A stretch of 64,000 bases of DNA from Vicinamibacterales bacterium (GTDB lineage: Bacteria > Acidobacteriota > Vicinamibacteria > Vicinamibacterales > UBA8438). The notes below the pieces were generated by a model. The model saw nothing but the letters and a program-made list of their open reading frames with translations, was not told the origin of the DNA and searched no databases. Position numbers and translations under genes: made by a program. Shown here in pieces: positions 57,675 through 64,000 of this stretch (within the stretch, counting starts at the first letter, position 1; each line of letters begins with the position of its first letter). The stretch covers positions 4,121,330 through 4,185,329 of the forward strand of contig OZ241978.1 of NCBI GenBank assembly GCA_965204175.1, read 5' to 3'.

Positions 57675-58936
57675 GCGGCCTCCTGTCGGCGATCGATGGC
57701 CTCACCCACCTCCACGCCGGCGCGCAGGCCGTCTTCATGAAACCCGTTGCCGAGATACGCGCCGCAGTAGAAGGTGCGGCGCCGGCCGTTCATTGCCCGC
57801 AAGGCCTTCCGCGCTCCCAGACCGGCCGTCGAGTAGACCGGGTGCTCGTAGACGTGTCGCGCGAGGACGCGGGCTGCGTCGATGCGGTCCTCGTCGTTCA
57901 GCGTGACGAGATAGTCCGTACCGTCCGGCAGGCGCTGCAGTCGGTTCATGTGGTACGTCATCCGCAACGGCGCGCGACGATCGCCGCAATCCTCCACGTG
58001 CGTGTTCCAGGACGCCCACGCCGCGGCGGCGCGGGGAAGGACGCGGCTGTCGGTATGCAGGGTCGCGACATTGCGGCGGTAGGGAATGGCGCCGAGCGCC
58101 TCGCGTTCCTCGTCGTCGGGTTGCTCGATGAGGGCCAGCGCCTGGTCCGCGTGCGTCGCGACCACCGCCTCGTCGTAGCGTTCCCAGCCCATGTCCCGCG
58201 TATGGACCTCGACGCCGCCGCCGTCGCGTCGCAGCCGGTCGACCGCAGCGTGCAGCCGCACGCGGTCCTCGAACGGGCGGATCAGCGCCTCCACGTAGCG
58301 CCGGCTGCCGCCGGTCACCGTGCGCCAAGGCGGCTGTCCGCGTACCTGGAGCAGACCGTGGTTGTCGAAGAAGTCGATCAGGAACGCCAGCGGGAGGCGG
58401 ACGGCGTCGCAAGCCGCCGCCGACCAGATGGCGCTCGACATCGGGAGCAGGTAGTGACGGAAGAAGTCGGGTCCAAAGCGACCCTGTGCCTGCAGGTCCC
58501 CGATGGTGGCGTTCTCGTCGATGAGCGAGGCCGCGCCCTGCCGGGCCCACGCGTTGAAGCGCAGGACATCGGTTGCAATGCGGTACAGGGTCGGCCTGAA
58601 GACCTGGGACGGATGGGCGAACAGGCCGGCAAGCCCGCGGCTGCTGTACTCGATGCCGCAGCGGCGACAGCTCACCGAGAACGACATGTCGCCGGGTTGC
58701 GACGCGACGCCGAGCTCCCGCAGGAGTGTCGTGAAGCCGGGATACGTCCGCTCGTTGAAGACGATGAAGCCCGTGTCGACGCCGATGCCGCCGGGCAAGG
58801 CGACCGTGCGTGCGTGTCCGCCGGGCGCGCCCGCGGCCTCGTACACCGTGATGGCGTGTCGCGGGTGCAACGTCCGCGCCGCGATCAAGCCCGAGATGCC
58901 GCTGCCGACGATGGCTACTCGCCTGCGCCTGCCCAT
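57671..58936 (-). CDS. FAD-dependent oxidoreductase (COG2907-type)
   Basis: VAIVGSGISG, DTGFIVFNERTYP, WASWN, YEHP, GNGFHEDG. Confidence 0.92.
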   Translation of the reverse strand: MGRRRRVAIVGSGISGLIAARTLHPRHAITVYEAAGAPGGHARTVALPGGIGVDTGFIVFNERTYPGFTTLLRELGVASQPGDMSFSVSCRRCGIEYSSRGLAGLFAHPSQVFRPTLYRIATDVLRFNAWARQGAASLIDENATIGDLQAQGRFGPDFFRHYLLPMSSAIWSAAACDAVRLPLAFLIDFFDNHGLLQVRGQPPWRTVTGGSRRYVEALIRPFEDRVRLHAAVDRLRRDGGGVEVHTRDMGWERYDEAVVATHADQALALIEQPDDEEREALGAIPYRRNVATLHTDSRVLPRAAAAWASWNTHVEDCGDRRAPLRMTYHMNRLQRLPDGTDYLVTLNDEDRIDAARVLARHVYEHPVYSTAGLGARKALRAMNGRRRTFYCGAYLGNGFHEDGLRAGVEVGEAIDRRQEAA

Positions 58937-59084
58937 CGCTTCTTCTCAGTATGTCCCGCCGGAAGTTTTGCCTGAGCGTCGGTTTTTCCTCTGCGGCAAA
59001 TGGGGCGCCGGCCTCGACGTCCGGAAGGCAAGCGGTCACGTCCGTCTCGGTGCCCGCAACGGAATGCCGCCGTAGAATCGAAGT

Positions 59085-60350
59085 ATGTCCCTGCCGGGTC
59101 CCTCTGTTGGACAGTGTTGCTCGCAGGTCGGTCGCGTCAGGACGCCGTACACCCCCGGCGGCCTGCCGTGGAGGGTTGAGCGGGTGCTGCGCGGCTTCAC
59201 CGAAGGGTGCCTGGAGCTGGTGGTTGGGGAGGCGCGCCACGCGTTCGGCGTTCCCGGCGCGCCGCTCGCCGCGCGGGTGGAGATACACGACCCGCGGGTC
59301 TGGCCGGCCGTTGTGTTCGGCGGGACCATCGGGGCCGCCGAAGCCTATGCCGAAGGGTGGTGGTCCGCCGACGATCTCACGGAGCTGATCCGCCTCATGG
59401 CTCGTAACGAGCGTGCTGCGGCCGACTTGGACGGGTGGCTGTCGCGCGCGGCGCTGGCGGTTCACACCTTGCTCCACCGACTGCGCGCCAACCGGCGGCG
59501 ACAGAGTCGCCGGAACGTCCTGGCGCACTACGACCTCGGCAACGACTTCTTCGCCCATTTCCTCGATCCGAGCATGACGTATTCCTGCGCGATTTTCCCG
59601 AGTCGCACCAGCAGCCTGGAAGAGGCCTCGCGCCACAAGCTCGATGTGATCTGCCGCCGCCTGCACCTGTCGCCCGCCGACGATCTGCTGGAGATTGGAA
59701 CCGGCTGGGGCAGCCTTGCGCTGCATGCCGCGGCCCGCTACGGCTGCCGCGTCACGACGACGACGATCTCGGCCGAGCAGTACCGCCACGCCCGCGCCGC
59801 GGTCGCCGACGCCGGTCTCGACGGACGCGTGACGGTGCTGGATGCCGACTATCGCGATCTGCCGCGCGTGTTGCCGAAGCGGTTCGACAAGCTGGTGTCC
59901 GTGGAGATGATCGAGGCGGTCGGAGAGCGATTCATGAATCGGTACCTGCAGGTGTGCGACGCGCTGGTGAAACCGCGCGGCCACATGCTGCTGCAGGCGA
60001 TCGTCATCGCGGACGAGCGCTACGAGGCCTACCGCCGCTCGGTCGACGTCATCCAGCGTCATATCTTCCCGGGCGGCTTCCTGCCGTGCCTCGCGGACCT
60101 GCGGGCGAGGCTCGCGCGGGCGACTTCATTCCGGATCGAGAGCCTGCACGACATCACCGAGCACTATCCCCGGACCCTGCGGTGTTGGCAGGAGCGTTTG
60201 GCCGCCAATCGGGAACGGCTGGAGGCGCTGGGTTACTCCCGGCGGCTGCTGCGGCTGTGGGACTATTACTTCTCCTACTGCGAAGGGGGTTTTCTGGAGC
60301 GATCCGTCGGCGCCGTGCAGCTCTTGCTGAACCGCGAGACAGCGGCATGA
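59085..60350 (+). CDS. cfa: Cyclopropane-fatty-acyl-phospholipid synthase family methyltransferase
   Basis: HYDLGNDFF, MTYSCA, LEIGTGWG, EMIEAVG, IFPGG, YCEGGF. Confidence 0.9.
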   Translation: MSLPGPSVGQCCSQVGRVRTPYTPGGLPWRVERVLRGFTEGCLELVVGEARHAFGVPGAPLAARVEIHDPRVWPAVVFGGTIGAAEAYAEGWWSADDLTELIRLMARNERAAADLDGWLSRAALAVHTLLHRLRANRRRQSRRNVLAHYDLGNDFFAHFLDPSMTYSCAIFPSRTSSLEEASRHKLDVICRRLHLSPADDLLEIGTGWGSLALHAAARYGCRVTTTTISAEQYRHARAAVADAGLDGRVTVLDADYRDLPRVLPKRFDKLVSVEMIEAVGERFMNRYLQVCDALVKPRGHMLLQAIVIADERYEAYRRSVDVIQRHIFPGGFLPCLADLRARLARATSFRIESLHDITEHYPRTLRCWQERLAANRERLEALGYSRRLLRLWDYYFSYCEGGFLERSVGAVQLLLNRETAA

Positions 60351-61396
60351 CTCTGGCCGCGCTGGCGGAACGAGGCTGGTTGCCCGACTGGCTGATCAGG
60401 TTCGGCATTCGCTCGCTGCTGCGCGAGCGGCTGGCCCGGGAGAGCGGGCGCGCCCGGGACGCCGGCGAGCGACCCCTCGACGCACAGCGCCTGCAGATGC
60501 GGGAGGCGCCGATAGCCGTGGAGCCGGCGGCTGCGAACGACCAGCACTACGAGACGCCGGTCGAGTTCTTCCGCCTCGTGCTCGGTCCCCGGCTCAAGTA
60601 CAGCGCGGGTCTGTGGCCGGACGGGGTGACGACGCTGGCCGGCGCCGAGGATGCGATGCTGGAGGTGACGGCGGCGCGGGCGGAGATCGACGACGGCATG
60701 CGGGTGCTGGACCTCGGTTGCGGGTGGGGCGCGCTCTCTCTGTGGGTGGCCGAGCGGTATCCGCGCGCCCATGTCACGGCCGTGTCGAACGCCGCGGGTC
60801 AGGCACGACACATCGCCGCCGAGCGCGACCGGCTCGGGCTCGACAACCTGCAGGTGGTAACGGCAGACATGAACCGGTTTCGACCCGACGGGGCGTTCGA
60901 CCGGATCGTGTCGGTCGAGATGTTCGAGCACATGCGCAACTACGAGCGCCTGCTCGGCCGCATCGCAACGTGGCTGCAGCCGCAGGGCGCGCTGTTCGTT
61001 CACGTCTTCTGCCATCGCCGCTACAGCTACTTCTTCGAGGCCGACGGCGGCAAGGACTGGATGGCCCGGCACTTCTTCACTGGTGGCATGATGCCATCCG
61101 TGGATCTGCTGCCCGGTTGTGCGGGCTCGCTGCGGGTAGAGCGCCGTTGGGAGATAGGCGGCTGCGACTACGAGCGGACTCTGCTCGCGTGGCTCGCCAA
61201 CCTCGATGCCCGACGCACCGAGGCGGCGGAAGTGCTGGGCGCGGGCGCCGCACCCGGCTCGGGCCGCATTCGAGTCGGTCGATGGCGACTGTTCTTCCTC
61301 GCCTGCGCGGAGCTGTTCGGATACCGCGCCGGCCGCGAGTGGTTCGTGGCTCACTACCTGCTGCGCCACGGGAGCCGCGCGGTGCGACGCACATGA
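60347..61396 (+). CDS. Cfa-like SAM-dependent methyltransferase
   Basis: ANDQHYE, LKYS, LDLGCGWG, VEMFEHMRNY, FFTGG; ATGA overlap. Confidence 0.9.
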   Translation: MTLAALAERGWLPDWLIRFGIRSLLRERLARESGRARDAGERPLDAQRLQMREAPIAVEPAAANDQHYETPVEFFRLVLGPRLKYSAGLWPDGVTTLAGAEDAMLEVTAARAEIDDGMRVLDLGCGWGALSLWVAERYPRAHVTAVSNAAGQARHIAAERDRLGLDNLQVVTADMNRFRPDGAFDRIVSVEMFEHMRNYERLLGRIATWLQPQGALFVHVFCHRRYSYFFEADGGKDWMARHFFTGGMMPSVDLLPGCAGSLRVERRWEIGGCDYERTLLAWLANLDARRTEAAEVLGAGAAPGSGRIRVGRWRLFFLACAELFGYRAGREWFVAHYLLRHGSRAVRRT

Positions 61397-62178
61397 TCGG
61401 AAGCGCCCTCGCCGGCCTGGTCACGCTCCTCGCCCTGATGTCGGCGGTCTGGGTGTTCAGCGTCGTGCGGCGCGACGTGAGCGTGGTCGACATCTGGTGG
61501 AGTCTCGCGATTCTCGCCGCCGCGTGCGTCTATGCGAGCGGCGCCGACCAGTTGACCCCGCGCCGCGTTGCAGTGCTGACCGCAGTGGCGCTCTGGGCGA
61601 TACGCCTGTCGGCCTATCTGGCCTGGCGGGGATGGGGAGCGGGAGAGGACAGGCGCTACCGCGCGATGCGCGCCCGTCGTCCCCGTTTCCGGTGGTCCAG
61701 CCTGTTCGTCGTCTTCTGGCTGCAGGCGACGCTGGCCTGGGTGATCTCGCTGCCGCTGCTGGTCGGGATGCAGGGCGACGAGCCGGTCGCGCCCGGGCTG
61801 CTCGACGCGGTCGGCGCCGTCCTGTTCGTAGTCGGCCTCGGTTTCGAAACGGTCGGCGACTGGCAGATGTCCCGGTTCCAGGCGGAGCCCGGAACCGGGG
61901 GGCGCGTCTGCGACCGGGGCCTGTGGCGCTACACCCGGCATCCGAACTACTTCGGCGAAGCGGTCCTGTGGTGGGGCCTGTGGTGCCTCGCGGGTGCCCG
62001 TTCCGGGGAACTCTGGACGAGCGTCAGCCCGTTGCTGCTCACTTGGCTTCTGGTTCGCGTCTCGGGCGTACGTCTTCTGGAAGCCGATCTCCTGCAGGGG
62101 AAGCCCGGGTACAGCGAATACGTGGCCCGCACCTCGGCCTTCGTGCCGCTGCCGCCCAGGGGGACTCGTGATCGCTAG
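61393..62178 (+). CDS. DUF1295 membrane protein (steroid 5-alpha reductase-like)
   Basis: SVVDIWW, EDRRY, GLWRYTRHPNYFGE. Confidence 0.9.
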   Translation: MIGSALAGLVTLLALMSAVWVFSVVRRDVSVVDIWWSLAILAAACVYASGADQLTPRRVAVLTAVALWAIRLSAYLAWRGWGAGEDRRYRAMRARRPRFRWSSLFVVFWLQATLAWVISLPLLVGMQGDEPVAPGLLDAVGAVLFVVGLGFETVGDWQMSRFQAEPGTGGRVCDRGLWRYTRHPNYFGEAVLWWGLWCLAGARSGELWTSVSPLLLTWLLVRVSGVRLLEADLLQGKPGYSEYVARTSAFVPLPPRGTRDR

Positions 62179-62304
62179 TGTCGTGCCTGAGAACGGTGGC
62201 GGTTCCCTGGTTCGCCGCGACCACGGGGCTTCAAGATTTCGTAGACGCAATTGTCGGGCAGGACGGTGTCGGTGCGAAATCCGTTCGCGTGAGCCCGTGG
62301 CGCG

Positions 62305-63810
62305 TCAGTGCTCGGCCAGGTTCCGGAACTTCTCGGGCGGCAGGCCCAGGTGCACCGCGCTCAGCAGGCCCCCGTCGGCGTGATCGAGGATGTGGCAGTG
62401 GAAGATCCAGGTGCCCGGACGGTCCTCGAAGCGCACCGCCAGGCGCACCGTCCGCTCGTGCGGGATGTCCACCGTGTCCTTCCACTCCAGAGGCCGCACC
62501 GGTTCGCCGGCCTCGTCGAGCACCATGAAGAAGAAGCCGTGCAGATGCAACGGGTGCGACCAGGCAGTGGAGTTGGTCACGGTCCAGACCTGCGTCTCGC
62601 CCAGGCTCGCCAGGATCGGTTTCGCCTTCCAGAAGGGCACGTGATTGATCCCGTAGGCGAAGATCCGATCGTACGGATCCTCCTGCAGGGTCAACTCCAG
62701 GTCGATTGCCGTCGCGCCCTCGAGGTCGTAAGGTTCGATAGCGCGGCTCGTACTGGGCAGCGGGTCTCCCGCGTAGGCCGGCTCGTCCGCGAAGCGGATC
62801 GTCAACAGGCTCTCGAAGTCGCGCCCGAAGATGCTTCCGTAGCCGCGGTCGTGCAGCAGCGAGCGGACTAGGCCCTCGCTGCCCCGCTCGCCGGCCGGAG
62901 CCACCAGGACATCGGCCCGCTCGCCGGCGCCGAGCACGATGAAGTCGTGGTCCTCGGAGTACTCGGTCAGCCCGCCGTCGCCGCCGATCTTGCGGAAGAC
63001 GTTCCCCTCGCCGAGGTCGAGCTTGAAGTAGCGGCTCTTGGCCGCATTCACGATTCGCCAGCGCTGCGGGGCGCCGGCCCGCGCCATCAGCTCGGGCAGT
63101 CGGCGGCCGTTGACGAGCACCTGGTTGCCCTCGCGGCCGAACAGCATCCCGACCGTGCCGCCGGTGTCGGCGGGCAGCAACTCGCCGTCCCCGGCGACGT
63201 CGATGTCGCTGAGGACGAGCACGAGATCGTCGGCTATGCCGACCGTTTCCGTCGGATCCTCCACCAGGAAGGCGCCGTAGAGCCCGAAGCCGACCTGTGC
63301 GGCCGACATCACGTGGGGGTGATACCAGTAGATGCCGGCGTCCGGCACCACGAAGTCGTAGGTGAAGGTCTCTCCGGGCCGGACCGGGTCCTGCGAGTAG
63401 CCGGGCACGCCGTCCATGTCGATCGGGATCCGGAGTCCGTGCCAGTGGATGGTGCTCGGCCGCGGCAGGTTGTTCGTGAAGTGCACGATGAGCCGGTCCC
63501 CGACCTTCACCCGAATCGTGGGGCCCGGAATCGTGCCGTTGTAGGTCCAGGCGTCCACCTTCAGCCCGGGTGCGATCTCGACCGTTGCCACCCGGGCCTC
63601 GAAGTCCACCTCGACGATGTCGGGGTCGGGATTGCGGTCGGTCGCCTCCGCGATCCGGATGCCGGCGTCCCATTGCGGCGGCTGCAGGGACTGCGCGCCG
63701 GCCGCATCCGGGTCCAGCAGCGCCAGCGCCGACAGCACGACGAGCATGGCGGAGGCTGTCGTCCGGAACGGACCCGACAGGTTCGTTTCGCCAAATCGGC
63801 GTCTGCGCAT
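62305..63810 (-). CDS. Multicopper oxidase
   Basis: HWHG, WYHPH, HPLHLHG, HCHILDH copper ligands; start 63810 or 63747. Confidence 0.93.
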   Translation of the reverse strand: MRRRRFGETNLSGPFRTTASAMLVVLSALALLDPDAAGAQSLQPPQWDAGIRIAEATDRNPDPDIVEVDFEARVATVEIAPGLKVDAWTYNGTIPGPTIRVKVGDRLIVHFTNNLPRPSTIHWHGLRIPIDMDGVPGYSQDPVRPGETFTYDFVVPDAGIYWYHPHVMSAAQVGFGLYGAFLVEDPTETVGIADDLVLVLSDIDVAGDGELLPADTGGTVGMLFGREGNQVLVNGRRLPELMARAGAPQRWRIVNAAKSRYFKLDLGEGNVFRKIGGDGGLTEYSEDHDFIVLGAGERADVLVAPAGERGSEGLVRSLLHDRGYGSIFGRDFESLLTIRFADEPAYAGDPLPSTSRAIEPYDLEGATAIDLELTLQEDPYDRIFAYGINHVPFWKAKPILASLGETQVWTVTNSTAWSHPLHLHGFFFMVLDEAGEPVRPLEWKDTVDIPHERTVRLAVRFEDRPGTWIFHCHILDHADGGLLSAVHLGLPPEKFRNLAEH

Positions 63811-64000
63811 CGTTCGTGGATCGTAGCATCGCTCGGTTGCCGCCTTGTGCCGTACCAGTCGCGGGGCGTGCGCGTCCTGCTCCCTTCGGTTACGGGGTCC
63901 GCGGCAACGTCGATGCTGCTGGAGTCGGCCGGCCGATCATGGATGGTGAGGGAAGGAGACAGCGAGGCTTGCAGGGGCCGACGCGCGCCGTCAGGGGCGA

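Noticed and set aside
55405-60062. 777-aa and 775-aa minus-strand ORFs
   Set aside because: Off-frame composites overlapping DUF1365, the oxidoreductase and cfa; only a MalT-like patch looks real

Overview
High-GC bacterial window. The left ~40 kb is a dense defence island. It holds a type I-G (I-U) CRISPR-Cas module (csb1-csb2-cas3 running off the left edge, with divergent cas4/cas1 and cas2; no array is visible). Two inverted DUF1156 adenine-methyltransferase copies (one 3'-truncated) flank two tyrosine recombinases and toxin-antitoxin genes. A SNF2-helicase/DUF499 (BREX-related) pair follows. A complete type III-B Cmr operon is translationally coupled to a SIR2-like protein and an SMC/Rad50-like ABC ATPase, and this block sits between two copies of the DUF499 3' end. 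The 40-50 kb part is decayed mobile DNA (RHH genes beside repeats; IS21, topoisomerase, relaxase and TonB-receptor fragments). The right end is ordinary: a cation antiporter, an RND permease, a DUF1365/FAD oxidoreductase/cfa/DUF1295 lipid cluster and a multicopper oxidase. The strongest candidates for novelty are the SIR2+SMC+Cmr operon, which has no CARF effector, and a probable invertible methyltransferase-specificity switch. All family calls come from motif recognition by eye, not database searches.
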